Origin: Eledone cirrhosa
Lineage: Eukaryota
Direction of reading: 5' to 3'
Length of the DNA stretch: 64,000 bases
NCBI GenBank assembly: GCA_964016885.1
Contig: OZ024743.1
Coordinates: 40,486,001 to 40,550,000 of the forward strand
Below are positions 13,571-29,024 of this stretch, piece after piece. Each line of letters opens with the position of its first letter. Position 1 is the first letter of the stretch. A model generated the notes under the pieces. That model had not been told where the DNA came from, did not search any database, and saw only the letters and a program-made list of their open reading frames with translations. A program made the position numbers and the translations under genes.

Positions 13571-13750
13571 GTATATTGAAGGGTTTTATAATATGTGCGA
13601 TGAAAAGAAATTGTTAATATGTATTAAGAATAATATTGAAGGATTTAATAATATGTGCGACGGAAAGAAAATGTTAATATGTATTAAGAATAATATATAA
13701 GGGTTTAATAATATGTGCGATGGAAAGAAAATGTTGATATGTATTATTAA
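13571..13750. repeat. 60-bp tandem repeat (about 3 copies) in PLE 3' UTR
   Basis: atatgtgcga..aaagaaa recurs at a 60-nt period. Confidence 0.85.
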
Positions 13751-14100
13751 AAAAACAGAAGTAATGTAAGTAAGGATATATTGTGAGATGAGCATGAATA
13801 AGTTAGATGAAAGTGAGAAAAAAATAATGAATAGAGGATGAATAATCTAACGTCAAAAAAAAATGTTTATGTTTACGAAGGATTTTTTCAAGGTGATGTA
13901 AAGTAAGAATATAGTGTATTGTGTAATAATTGTTTCTATGTTAGGCACAGTGAGAAAAGGTACAGATTAGGGGTTAGAAATTAAAAGAAAAAGAAAAGAA
14001 AAGGAAAAGGAAAAAAGGGGAGTGATGAATAGGAGTGATATAGAATATAATAAATAACTTTGAAATAAGGTAGAAAGATGGGTATATTTTTAAAGAAGTA

Positions 14101-14181
<81 letters not shown>

Positions 14182-14221
14182 CCTTTGAGAAGAGGATTCT
14201 GAATTGATAAAGTTTAGGATA

Positions 14222-16095
14222 TTAGCTGTATACTTTATGGAAAGTTCTGTGGAATTTATGCAAGCAGATAGAAAACAAGTCAGTGCGTCTATTTATTATA
14301 GAATCTAAATTAGATATAATGGTAAATTTTTCATTTAGACAGAGATTGCAAGTCTTGGATAGAGAACTGTTCACAATGAGGAAGCAGAGGAAACCTTTTT
14401 CCAAGAGATGTTATATTTAATATTTTTGTCTTTCAAGGACCATATGAGTTCTGAGAGAGCCGTGTTGGTTCTTTTAAGTTTATATTTAAAAGACGAATGA
14501 TGATTATAAAGACGAGCTTTAAGGGAGGTGGAAGTGGAGCCAAAATAGGTGAAGGAATTGGTGTCAGTTATAACTTTACATTCGTAAATTAAGTTTTTAT
14601 CAAGACAATGGTTGTTGAGAGGACATTTATTTTTAGCAGGGCAATTACAATTGCGATTAGAGAGATTATTAACGAGTGACCTAGTGTTATCTATAGAAGG
14701 AATTGGATTGGAGAAGTTATTTGCGATAGAAATAATAGTTTCTTGATTTAGAATGGGATTAAGAACATTTAGCGAAGTTGTGTTTGACGTTGTATTTGGG
14801 TTTGCAGAAATTAGCCTAGGGTTTACAATGACGTCGGGAGTACTATTACTATTATTATGATATTCAGTGTTGGAAGGAAGAGATTTAGTATTTAGTATTT
14901 TATTGTTGTGTTTAGAGATAATGTTGGAAATGTTGGAGGATGTCGAATAGGAAAATGTTATAGTGTGTTTGTTAAATATTTTACTATAGATATGTGAGGG
15001 AGGGAAGCATTTATTTAAGGCACTAAAGAATAATTTAGGAATATTATTATTAATAGAGATGGAGAAAGGAGCATTATACCAGGTTATGTTTTTGTATCTA
15101 GGTCTTTTATTAAAGTTATTGGAATGATCATGATTAATTATTCTACTGTAAGATCTTCTAGTATTTGTTTCTTTATTATATTTGATTTTATCAGGTTAGC
15201 CGGCTTTAGAAAGCGCGTTATTAGAGTAATTGGCGTTAGCATCGAAGATGTTTTTATTAGAAGATAGGTTAGATATTCTTTTTCCAATATTACTAACTAT
15301 AGCATTCTTAATATTAGTAGGGTGGTTAGATTTAAAATTAACATAATTTAGGTTCTCTTTGTTTTTATGGTAAGGGTAATATATGCCAGTGTCAAGATTA
15401 AGAGATACATCCAAGAAATTAGCTAGTTTGATGCTGTTATCAAATTCAATTTTTAGGTTATGTTGGTTAAAGAGATTACGTATATTAAGGTTAACTATGT
15501 TGCAATTTAAGATAGTAAAGAGTCCATCGTCACGATAAATTCCACCGCGAAGTTGAGGGATTTTCCGACTCAAAGAGTTCAAAATAAAGATACCAATTAA
15601 ATCTGTCAATTGGAATGAATCGGATGCTCCCATTGTGATGTCGAAGTTGTTAGAGGTATCAGCTCTGGTCCAATATTCATTATTGAACTCAAGGATGGTT
15701 TTACGTGCGGTGAGAATGATGTGAAGTTCATCTGTGGTGATGTCAGAATATTTAAATGCGAAAGATAGAGCATTGTTGAGAAGTGAAGGCGAAATAGAAG
15801 AATAGTAGCTGGCAATATCAAATTGAACAAATTTTAGTTTGTTTTTATTATTCAATTTGTTGAACCAGTCTATCACTTCAGAAGTACCAAACCATAAATT
15901 TAAGTTCAAAGAAGAGCAATTAGAACGAACCTGTGTGATAATTCTATCCAAGATGGCTTTACTAAAAACCCCCAGATCTGATTTAGAGGGGGCGATTAAT
16001 CTAACAGGTAGTTCAGTGCGAACATTGTTTTTGTGATCCTTGAGATTTATCCTCGGAGTTCTTGGGAGGAATGGTTCGGTCTTTTTTCCGAACAT
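14222..16095 (-). pseudogene. PLE RT/GIY-YIG remnant
   Basis: ORF 15196-16095: QFDIASYYSSI, ITMGASDS, IYRDDGL, SNHP. Downstream CNCPAKNKCPL and CNLCLNEK..CLH. Confidence 0.92.
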
Positions 16096-16320
16096 TTTTT
16101 GAAATGCGCATAATAAAATACATGGAACTCATTTAACCATCTTTTGATCTTATATATTATGTATACTCCAGTCCTACAAACTGTAGAGTGCTTCTTATCC
16201 GATATCTGCATTGCTTTATTGTACTACAATAAAACTCACCTCCTACATATATATACATACATGTTCATACATACATACATATAAATATCTGTTCATTATA
16301 TCTGCATTATATTTTGTGTG

Positions 16321-16465
<145 letters not shown>

Positions 16466-16653
16466 GTTTGCGATCGCATGCATATATTTGATTTATTTGA
16501 CTGTTTGATGTGTTGGATATCTACGTTCAAGTATGGAAGAGCAAATTGTCGAAAATCTATTTTCTTTCTTTGTTTAAATACCTGAGAACGTTTAGCAAAT
16601 ATGTTAAAATTACCTCGTTTTTTTTATTTATACACACACACACACACATACAG

Positions 16654-16751
<98 letters not shown>

Positions 16752-16766
16752 ATGTATATATGTATA

Positions 16767-16822
<56 letters not shown>

Positions 16823-16989
16823 ATTTATAGAAACACACAGATACATGTGGACACGTACATATACATAAATATGTCTAAATATATCTTTGAATTAGTGGTG
16901 CCAACCTCAACCGATGTTGCTCTATGAATAACTGGGACAAAATAATCCGAATGGATTAGATTGATTCAGTATCAGAGCTATATAATACA

Positions 16990-17340
16990 TTATGAAGAGA
17001 GAAGAAACATTAGATATAATTAATAATAAGATATACCATACCCAAATTCCATCTTTACTCCTCAACTACGTAGTTTCGTGGCATATTATGCAAAAACACT
17101 ACATCTCTGAGATATAGAATTTTTGTGATGTCTGCCGACTTATCAAGAGGATACCTCATAAAGAGTTTCAAAATACGTCCGTAGGACGCGAGATAGAATC
17201 CCGAAAGGCGGAGGGGGAGTCAATCACATGTGTTTTTGCATAATATGCAACGAAACTACGTTGTCAAGGAGTAAAGAAGGAATTTGGGTATGGTATATCT
17301 TATTATTAATTATATCTAATGTTTCTTCTCTCTTCATAAT
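16990..17340. repeat. Inverted repeat of about 110 bp with about 130-bp spacer, probable PLE pLTR ends
   Basis: 16990-17099 versus 17231-17340; arms carry the half-HHR GAAAC tacgt(a/t) GT(C/T). Confidence 0.75.
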
Positions 17341-17344
17341 ATAT

Positions 17345-18733
17345 TATTTACAATATATTGTTTACAAATGTAAGGTTGTATCACCCACGTCCCGTAGGGC
17401 CTACATAGGGTTAACCGTCAATAGATTCAAGCAGCGTCTTTACATGCATACCCATTCTTTTCGTTACCCTCTTAGAAGGAATATGACGTCACTTTCAGCT
17501 TATATCTGGAGTCTAAAAGACAACCACACCCAATATAAGTTACACTGGGAGATCCTAGCTAGGGCTAGATTGTATAACGGAAATAAAAGACCATGTGACC
17601 TCTGCGCCGCTGATGCCCTGGAAATACTCTACGCCACAGACCACATCTTAAACAAAAAATCTGAGGCAATTTCGGCTTGTAAACATAAATTGCACAAAAC
17701 TTTCCTGTATTACAGCCCCACGTTATACCCTAACGGATAGTTCGATCTATACGTGGATATTTTACGTCTCGATGTGGGAGCTAAGTATATGTTTGTTTAT
17801 ACCTTTATTTATTTGCATAGGTAAGTATATATTATCCGTATGTTTTGTGAAGGTACGTATACCTTCGCGTACGTATATTTGATTGTTATGGCGTATACAT
17901 TTTTTTATATTTCTGGTACATATAGTTTGGCTATGTGTATACGGGAGTTTTCCGTCTGTGTGAGTATGCAGGTTCGTACGTATGTAGGGCGTGTGTATGT
18001 GTGTACTTCATGTTTTGGTTGACTTACGTCTCCGAACATTCGTGTATTTACATGTAGGTATGTGTGTGCGCTTGTAATATACGTATTTATTTATATACGT
18101 TTATATAATTATTTATTTATTTGTAGACACGCTTACACACACAGACTTATTAATATGTGCGTGGTTTTGTTTACCTATGGTTAGTTTTGCGTATGCTTGT
18201 GTATGTACGTATTTGTTTGCGTGTTTGTATTTATTTATTTCTATTACTTCTGTATTGTATTTATTTACTTTGTTCTTAACTCTGTAGCGGAGATTCATTC
18301 GGTCTCCTAGTTAGAATTTAGTCTACGACTTCTGCTATACCATTTACGTGGTTTTGTCTTTGCGTGCTGTTCTTCTCCACGCTCCACATATGACGTATTA
18401 TCTTCGTTTTGTTCGTTCATTGCCAGAGAACGTCTCTATGCACCACCTAAGAGAACATTAGTCTACGACCTCTTTTATACCATAAACGTGGTTCTGTCTT
18501 TGCGCGTAATTGCTATTCACCGCTCCTATTAATGACGTATTATATTCGTGTTTTCCCGTTCTTAGCCAGCGAACGTTTCCACGAACCAAAGTATCGTCTT
18601 CCTGTCTTCCTCCGGTTGCAACGTTTTTTGAAATATCCAGTTCTGCGTTTACAGATTGACTTTGTTAGTTTCAGAAGATCCCGTTAAGGGTGAAAGCAGC
18701 GATTCTTTGCTTAAACTTTAATCTGTTATTTTA

Positions 18734-18740
<7 letters not shown>
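17345..18740 (+). mobile_element. Family A PLE 3' fragment (GIY-YIG plus pLTR)
   Basis: IVYKCKV..AYIGLT..CDLC..CKH; ends in (TA)n. Confidence 0.92.
18651..18726 (+). ncRNA. Variant hammerhead-like motif, family A
   Basis: Identical to the 2738-2813 motif. Confidence 0.65.
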
Positions 18741-18804
<64 letters not shown>

Positions 18805-18949
18805 AATATCTTTTCATTTTCTTTTTCATTTTCTTTTATTTGAAACAGAACCAATATTGTTATTGTTGTTGTTATTATTTGTTGTGGTTTTTGTTTTTGT
18901 TGTTGTTTCGGACACATAAATTGGAATTATTGTCTTTATGTTTGTTACT

Positions 18950-20030
18950 TGCTGGACCCAGTAATGCAGAATCTTGGATCCAAGCTACATTTGTTGGTAC
19001 ACCTCAGTCTTCCAAGAATTCTAACTATTCAATTAGTAACTGTCCATAACACACCACTAACAATTGGGGCTACATTTACAGATATATTCCACAATGTTTT
19101 TATCTCCCTAGCAAATTGCTGGTTATTTTTTCATTATTTCCCGCTATTTATTGCCGACGTTATTATCTGCCAGATTGGATATGTGAAAATTTATACATAC
19201 TTTTGACAATTTGTCTACAACTATGACAGATATTCTAACCTGTATTCCGTGGTATGTCTCGATGGTAAAATTATAAAGTAGCTTGAACCTTTTTATTATC
19301 AACACCACGCTCTACTATGTGTTAATGTTAATACCTTTTGCCGCTTACCTCAAACTCTCGTTGACGCAATATGTCTCAGTGTAAAACTCTAGCTTCACGA
19401 TCATGATGACGCTTACATTGTGCCTGTGCCAAGCAGCTACAACCACTTATTATGTGGATTATTGACTCCTCCTTCTCGTTGCACATTCTGCATTTAGTAT
19501 TCTCATTAGTTTTGTCCACTTTCACTTTATAAGATTAGTCCGATATGCCTATGATCGTGTAGATATGATTTAACTTTCAATTCCTTTGTTCAAGACACGC
19601 CAATTAGGATTTCTCATTAAAAGCTACGTTTTTTTTGTTTTTTTTTTCTTTCTAAAATATTTTCCAGGGAGGCCTATTTCCAATATATTTCTTTCTTTTT
19701 CTCCTGTTTTCCTCCTTTTGTATATTTTTATTTTTGCAATTTCAACATCCAATTGTATTGGGCTAAAGATATGATAATCCTCCAGATTAGGTTAAGCTAT
19801 ATCAGCACAATCCTGTATGAAAGATAACCCTATCCCTACTTCTTTACTTGCTAGATAACCATATAACTTATCAACACTATCTATTAGAGGAAATTTTCTG
19901 TTCATGTTAATATTTCCTAATGTCAACACTTTTTTCCAGTTCTTCATACTAATTTTGCAATGTTGTCTACAACAATAAATTTCTGGAAACACTGTTGTAT
20001 CCAGGATAATATCAGAAACTATACTTCGTG
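18950..20030 (-). mobile_element. R2-group (R4/Dong-like) non-LTR retrotransposon C-terminal fossil
   Basis: Manual translation gives the CCHC knuckle CRMCNEKEESIIHIISGC..LAQ..RHHD and the REL-type segment FAREIKTLWNISVNVAPIVSG. Confidence 0.75.
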
Positions 20031-20049
20031 GCATACTTTCAGCCCATTA

Positions 20050-20610
20050 CGTTCTGATGTCAAATCAGGCCAAGGTTAGCTTTCTCTTTCACCCATACAG
20101 ATTCGGTTGAATAAAGTACCAGAAACGCACTGGAGTCAATGTGATATCATTATTAAATTGGTAATTGGTAATTGGCGGTGGATTGGCAGTATCGGTAGAG
20201 GGTCGGACGCCATCCTTTCCAGCATAGTTACGTCCCTTTACGATCTGAGTTCAAATCCCGCCGAGGTTGACTTTGCCTTTCATCCTTACGGGGTCGATAA
20301 AATAAAGTACCAGTAATGCACTGGGTAATTGCTGGCCTTGTGCCTAAAGTAGAAACAATTATTAAATTGGTAATTAAGAACAAATTTTCTAGCAGAAAAT
20401 TATCATAGAATTTTTTTTTTAATGAGTAGATCATCGTCAGACAATATGCTTCACAACATAGAGTTATGTCTCTTTACACTCTGAGTTCAAGACCCGCGAG
20501 GTTAACTTTGCCTTTCTTCCTTACGGTGTCGATAAAATAAATCACCAGTAATGCACTGGCGTCGATTTAATCACCTTTCCCGTCCCCCAAATTGCTGGCA
20601 TTGTGCCTAT
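20050..20610 (+). mobile_element. Cluster of three tRNA-derived SINE copies
   Basis: B-box-like gagttcaaatccc followed by gactttgcctttcatcc..gtcgataaaataaagtaccag; also found at 37440, 43370 and 46770-48340. Confidence 0.8.
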
Positions 20611-20658
20611 ACTAGAATTCATCATCATCATTCTTCTTCTTATTATTATTATTTCTTC

Positions 20659-20720
<62 letters not shown>

Positions 20721-20746
20721 TGTTGTTGTTGTTGTTGTTGTTGTTG
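20659..20746. repeat. (TAG)n/(TTG)n trinucleotide repeat at SINE tail
   Basis: Direct inspection. Confidence 0.95.
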
Positions 20747-20811
20747 TGGTTGTACTGCACATTTATACATATACATACGCAAACACATACATATATATAT
20801 ATGTATGTGTT

Positions 20812-21146
<335 letters not shown>

Positions 21147-21147
21147 T

Positions 21148-21369
<222 letters not shown>

Positions 21370-21370
21370 G

Positions 21371-21402
<32 letters not shown>

Positions 21403-22487
21403 AAGAGAGAATGAGAAAGAAAGAGGATTACAAAGCCGAAACCGCTGGGCGTCACTGACGGGTCTACACCTTCCCCTTTTCACATCATGCATCTCCCCAT
21501 GCATTGAGTACTCCCATGATTTGTGGTCTTCCTGATCTCAACATGCAGGATCACTCTCTCTCTCTTTCCCTCTTTCTATCTCTCCCTCCCGCTCTCTCTC
21601 TCCCTCTCCCTCTCTCTCGCTCTCTCTCTCCATCTCTCTCCCTCTCTCTCTCTCTCTGTATATATATATATATAAATATACATATATATACACACATTTT
21701 AGTACAGCATTAACGAAGCTTAGTTCGCGGCCAAGCTAACGAATGTAAATTCGGTCTGTAGCTTTAGCATTCGGATGGGCAGAAGTACCCCAGAGTAATA
21801 ACAATACGTATAGACAGCTTAGCAAATCAAATATAGCGATCGGCAGTCCAACAGCATCACCAGAGCAATATATATATATATATACTTAATACATTAAAAG
21901 AGAAAGCTAATAGCGATACTCCGACCAACTTCCATCTCACTCAACAAACATTAGGAAATACCTAAGTATATTCACAATTATAAGTTTGAGGTGTTAACTA
22001 TATTGTATTATGTGGAAAGTCGGCTGTATTATTTCATATGAGACATAATTAAATAAATATCAATTTCAATACGGTCGTTTCCTTATAAGAGTTCTACAAG
22101 GTGGAAGAAAAGTCTAAGTTATGTAGAAGCTTGCATATGATCAACAGATTTACTTGCAAGTGGGCTCTTATAACTCTTCAGTGGAATGTCCAAGCAATAT
22201 CAATATAAAAAACTACATCGATATTAAATAAATATAATTTCAGCGAGATCAAAATTGGCAGTGGTCAAAAACAAAGCGAAACGCAATTTTCGAGATATGC
22301 GGCAAGCGTTCAATGTACTAAAAGAAGACCAGAGCAATAAACATACTGAGAATGGCGGTCAAGAAACCATCAGCCACCGAAGCCAAAAAAACGAAGCAAG
22401 CTAAACAGGTCAAACGAAAGAAATATATATATATATATTTATATATATTTATATTATTTATATATATATATATAGATATATAGATAG

Positions 22488-22552
<65 letters not shown>

Positions 22553-22575
22553 AATTTATATATATATATATATAA

Positions 22576-22660
<85 letters not shown>

Positions 22661-22972
22661 GTTATGTGATAAACAACATAAGATAATTATTTCATTTACC
22701 AGTGGTTACTTGAAAGCAAACAAAATTTGCTTTCAATCACAAGAATGAAAAAATCCTGGTGTATTTATTGATAGTGGATTTTAAAAACAAAAATATAATT
22801 TATATGAAAGTGAGGCTGGAAAAGGAAGAAGGAAAGGAAAAAGAATAAGTATAAAAGTAGATAAACACACACGCCCACAGACACACACACGCACACACTC
22901 ATATATGCTTATACATATATATAAATGAACTAACAGTAGGCTGGACTGGTGTAAATCCTTGAATGGTTTATT

Positions 22973-23027
22973 ATACTATGATCATTTCAATGACCGATTT
23001 CCATATGAATCCGGTGATATCAGGTAT
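22973..23027 (-). ncRNA. Degenerate hammerhead motif
   Basis: atac CTGATAT..accg..tcggt..GAAA tgatca TA gtat; palindromic helix III, but the core G8/A9 positions are altered. Confidence 0.5.
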
Positions 23028-23188
23028 TGGAATATAACAAAGGAATATGTAAAAGGCCATGGGTCCGAAAAACCATATATATATACACACATATATACAC
23101 GTACAAATACACATACATATACATATGCATACACATATATATCCACATATCCATACATACACATACACAGAAATACGCAAACACACAC

Positions 23189-23224
<36 letters not shown>

Positions 23225-23664
23225 GTAATCATACATATATACACACGTAAATACACACATATACATACACACATATATACACGCATACATACGCACACAC
23301 AGATATAGATATATGTACACACACAGCTACATACGCGCGCACACAATTAAAAGTAAGAAAATATAGAATAATAAAAATAAAAAAACAATAGACGACCATA
23401 TAAGCCGTCACATAAAAATAAAAATAAATGTAAAAATGATTATAACGTTGACAGCGATACAGGAAAGGACACAAATAAATGAACAAACACACGTGGTAAG
23501 CAATACAAACAATTACACATACACATACATACATATAAATAAATACATATACACACACACATACACATACACATACATACATATAAATAAATACACACAC
23601 ACACACACACACATACACATACATATACACATACATATACATACATATATATATATATATACAC

Positions 23665-23717
<53 letters not shown>

Positions 23718-23718
23718 T

Positions 23719-23755
<37 letters not shown>

Positions 23756-23920
23756 CACACACATGTATGTGTGTAAAATTCATTCTTTGATGTATTCATT
23801 GTACCTTGTTTAACTCTTAAATATATATATATATATAAGTATTGAAGCTTCCATTGAAAATTGAAAAAGTCATAGGAGTGAAGAGTGCTCTATGTAAGTA
23901 CCACAGCTAAATTTAATTTA

Positions 23921-26533
23921 TAATAAACAATACAATATAATTACCTCATTACCAGAGGTTTCCCCAATAAGACGAATACAAAAAACATCTTCATTCGTTC
24001 ATCGGACAAGGCAATTTAAAACATAGTGAAATATTTGAAAAATCTCCTCAAGAAAGGCAAAAGTTTAACGGGCAAAAATATATATAAATAAAAGTAATGC
24101 AAGATATATATAAAAAAATGAGGAAATATAATTAGGGTATGTGTATAAATGTGTGTATATTCACTCACAAATGTACATATGTGTGTATGTAAAAATGAAT
24201 CTGTATAGAGAAAAATTGTGTGCGTAAGTACATATATGAGGGCAAGCATATCAGTGTATGTGTGACCACAAATACGTATATAATATATGTTGAAAAAGAA
24301 ATTGTAAGATAATATATTTAACATATATCCAGATTCAGGTATTAAGGAATGAAATAAATACACATACGAGTATGCAAGCACGCGTATAAACAGACACACA
24401 CGCGCGACCACATACATGCGAGTGATATACAGGGAATGGAGTGTATTAGTCAAAGCGGTGTCAGTCTGAGGCTCGATACATGTATAAAAATGAAACAATA
24501 TATAAGAATGAAAATATTTTTTAAATCAAAGAGAAAGTAAGGGGAGGGGTTATCAATTATAAATTAACACTAGAAAAAATAGAAAACAAACATAGGTTCG
24601 CACGTACACATATATATAAATATACATATAAAAATAGGTACAGACAAAAGCACATATATGCGTACATACATACAAAGGCGCGCATCCATACACACGAAGC
24701 ATATATATATATAGACACATGTATATATATATACATCTGCACACATACATACACATGCATATATATATATATATACATACATATACACATACATGCACCC
24801 ATAGACGCACACACGTATATATAAGTATGTAAAAAACATAGATATAAAAACACACATACACACACATATACACACATACGCGCACATACGAATGCGTTCG
24901 TATACACATACAGACACGCATACACACACATGCACACTCAAACGCATAGATACAATATAATAACCAGCCGTATGAATAAATGAGTACAAATTATACATAC
25001 ATAAGTGTGGCTGAGAGACAACAGAATATATCTGGAGTTAAAAACGCAAGTGACATGTGGTAACAGGTAGTGAAAGAAAATGGGGAAGTAAAATGTGTGG
25101 AATTGTGAAGATATTAGGTTAGTGAATTAAAAAGCAGGGAGGGGGGGTTACTGGTGGATGTGAAGTAAAATTAAGGTTAAAAATAAAAATAAAAGTAAAT
25201 CAAAAAGGGAAGTATGTAAAGAGGATAATTTAAAGAAAGTGAAGAACAAAGGTTTATGGAGGATAAGTATCTGAAAGTGAGTTAAGTTTATATGAGCTGG
25301 AAAGCAAGTGTAATTTCATGTGTGGGCAACTGGTGAAAATTTACGTTTTTGCATTTAGGCAGGTTTTTGGTTATTTAAGGTTCTGTAAAATACAATATTT
25401 TTCACTTATGCAGAGTGTGCATCTTCTTGTTCCCCTTGCATATTCTTTAGATTGGTCCAAAATTCACCAATCCAATTTCTATTGGATACATTGGTCTTAC
25501 AAATCCCATATTCTGCTAGCCAGAGCTGTTGTAAATCTTTTTTCAGGATGTCGGAAAGATGCGACATGTGAGTAATAACGTGTTTTGAATTTGTCTTGTG
25601 TCATACCCACATATCGTTCGCTGGTGGCTGGTAGGTTGCTGCTGGTGGTTGTCACTTTAGCCGCATATACAATGGCTTTGGTGTTGCATTTACCTTGTAA
25701 TGGGCATTCACTTTTGACTCTACAGGAACAATTTTGATGTTCTCTGGGTATTTTCTTATTGAGGATATAAGATTTAATAGGGGGACCGCAGGAGTAGCTG
25801 GTTTTGACACAGTTTTTATTGAAGATCTTATCGTATCTATGTGTTCTAGGGAAATGTTTATCTAAGAGCTCTAGGAATTGTTTGCCAACATTAATTTTAA
25901 CTGCTAAAGAGTGGGAGGGGGGTGAACCAGCTTATTTTTCTTTTCCGATTATTATGTTTAAAAGAGTTAGTATTGTTGGGTATGTACTTAATCGGTTCGC
26001 TAAATCCGCTATTTTGAAGGGCTTTATTATAGTAGGGGGATGTCTTATTGAAAATAGCTTCTGAGGAAGAGAGGGTGGAGATCCTACGGCTGATATCAGG
26101 GATAAGGTTTTTAAAAACTATAGGAGGATGGCAAGACCCTTTATTTATATATTTTAAATTTTCATTAGATTTATGGTGCGGTTTATAAGAAGCAGTAGGC
26201 AGATCTAGGTTTATATCTAGAACATTAACATTGGAAAGGTTAGTGTCGATGGTAATTTTAAGATTAAAACTAGCGAAGGTTTTTATTAAGTCTTTCCTTA
26301 ATCATTCTAAGTTATGGCCTATGGTGGTATGGGAAAGTATTACACCATCGTCGCGATAAAGGCCAAAGGTATGGTTAGGGAATTTCTCTTTGAGTGTGTG
26401 TAGGAGGAACAAGCGGATTATATCACACACGTCAGCACTGTCAAAATAACCCATTGATACATCGAATGGGTTCTCTGGCTTAGATATTTTTACTCAAGTG
26501 TCATTATTAGTAAAAAGTAGAGTGTTTCTAGCA
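23921..26533 (-). mobile_element. Naiad-like PLE family C, left arm of a 5-kb inverted duplication
   Basis: LYRDDG, CSCRVKSECPLQGKC, RYVGMT; long 3' UTR ending in an HHR. Confidence 0.92.
23941..24014 (-). ncRNA. Hammerhead motif, family C (CCGAUGA core)
   Basis: ttgccttgt CCGATGA long stem II GAAA cctctgg TA atgaggtaa. Confidence 0.68.
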
Positions 26534-28939
26534 TTTTGACAGTGCTGACGTGTGTGATTTAGTCGGCCTATTCCTCTTACACACACTCAAAGAGAAATTC
26601 CCTAACCATACCTTTGGGCTTTATCGCGACGATGGTCTAATACTTTCCCATACCACCATAGGCCATAACTTAGATAGATTAAGGAAAGACTTAATAAACA
26701 CCTTCGATTTAATCTTAAAATTACCATTGACACTAACCTTTCCAATGTTAATTTTTTAGATATAAACCTAGATCTGCCTACTGCTTCTTATTAACCATAC
26801 CATAAATCTAATGAATATTTAAAATATATAAATAAAGGGTCTTGCCATCCTCCTATAGTTTTTAAAAACATTATCCCTAATATTAGCCGTAGGATCTCCA
26901 CCCTCTCTTCCTCAGAAGCTATTTTCAATAAGGCATCCCCCTACTATAATAAAGCCCTTCAAAGTAGCGGATTTAGCGAACCGATTAAATACAAACCAAC
27001 AATACTAACTCCTTTAAAAATAATAATAGGAAAAGAAAAATAACCTGGTTCACACACCCCTACTCTTTAGCAGTTAAAATTAATGTAGGCAAAAAATTCC
27101 TAGAGCTCTTAGATAAACATTTCCCTAGAACACATAGATAATATAAGATCTTCAATAGAAATTGTGTCAAAATCAGCTGCTCCTGCGGTCCCCCTATTAA
27201 ACTCTATATCCTCAATAAGAAAATACCCATTGCTCCTGTAGAGTCAAAAGTGAATGCCCATTACAAGGTAAATGCAACACCAAAGCCATTGTATATGCGG
27301 CTAAAGTGACAACCACTAGCAACAACCTACCAGCCACCAGCGAACGATATGTGGATATGACACAAGACAAATTCAAAACACGTTATTACTCACATGTCGC
27401 ATCTTTCCGACATCCTGAAAAAAGATTTACAACAGCTCTGGCTAGCAGAATATGGGATTTGAAAGAACAATGTATCCAATAGAAATTGGATTGGTGAATT
27501 TTGGACCAATCTAAAGAATATGCAAGGGGAACAAGAAGACGCACACTCTGCATAAGTGAAAAATATTTTATTTTACAGAACCTTAAATAACCAAAAACCT
27601 ACCTAAATGCAAAAACATAACTTTTCACCAGTATCCCACACATGAAATTACACTTGCTTTCCAGCTCATATAAACTTAACTCACTTTCAGGTACTTATCC
27701 TCCATAAACCTTTGTTCTTCACTTTCTTTAAATTATCCTCTTTACAAACTTCTCTTTCTGATGTACTTTTATTTTTATTTTTAACCTTATTTTTAATTCA
27801 CATCCACCAGTAACCCCCCCCCCCCTACTTTTTAATTCACTTACCTAATATCCTCACAGTTCCACACATTTATATTGTATCTATGCGTTTCAGTGTGCAT
27901 GTGTGTGTATGCGTGTCTGTATGTGTATACGAACGCATTCGTATGTGCGCGTGTGTGTGTATTTGTGTGTGTATGTGTGTTTTTATATCTATGTTTTTTA
28001 CATACTTATATATACGTGTGTGTGTCTATGAGTGCATGTATGTGTATATGTATGTATCTATATATATATATGTATGTGTATGTATGTGTGTAGATGTATA
28101 TATATATATAGTCGCGAGCATGCGTGTGATCAGATATACATGTGCCTATATATATATGTTTGTGTGCTCCGTGTGTATGTATGCGCGTCTTTGTATGTAT
28201 GTACACATGTATGTGCTTTTGTCTGTACCTATTTTTATATTTATATTTATATATATATATGTGTACTACGAACCTATGTTTGTTTTCTATTTTTTCTAGT
28301 GTTAATTTATAATTGATAACCCCTCTCCCTTACATTCTCTTTGATTTAAAAAATGTCTTCATTCTTATATATTGTTTCATTTTTATACATGTATCGAGCC
28401 TCAGACTTGACACCGCTTTGACTTAATACACTCCCTTCCCTGTATATCACTCGCATGTATGTGGTCGCGCGTGTGTGTGTGTTTATACGCGTACTTTCAT
28501 ACTTGTACGTATATATATTTCATTGCTTAATACCTGAATCTGGATGTATGTTAACTATATTATCTTACAATTTCTTTTTCAACATATATTATATACGTAT
28601 TTGTGGTCACACATACACTGATATGCTTGCCCTCATATATGTACTTACGCACACATTTTCTCACTATACACATGCATTTGTACATACACACATATGTACA
28701 TTTGTGAGTGAATATACGCACATGTATACACATACCCTAACTATATTTCCTTTTTTTTTATATCTCTTGCATTACTTTTATTTATATATTTTTTTGCCCG
28801 TTAAACTTTTGCCTTTCTTGAGGAGATTTTTCAAATATTTCACTATGTTTTAAATTGCCTTGTCCGATGAACGAATGAGGACGTTTTTTTATTCGTCTTA
28901 TTCGGGAAACTTATGGTAGTGAGGTAACTATATTGTATT

Positions 28940-28945
<6 letters not shown>
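26534..28945 (+). mobile_element. Naiad-like PLE family C, right arm
   Basis: ORF 26550-26759 with LYRDDGL; reverse complement of 23921-26446 with scattered differences and a deletion of about 135 bp. Confidence 0.92.
28855..28927 (+). ncRNA. Hammerhead motif, family C (CCGAUGA core)
   Basis: ttgccttgt CCGATGA a-cgaatgaggacg..cgtcttattcg-g GAAA cttatgg TA gtgaggtaa. Confidence 0.65.
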
Positions 28946-29024
<79 letters not shown>

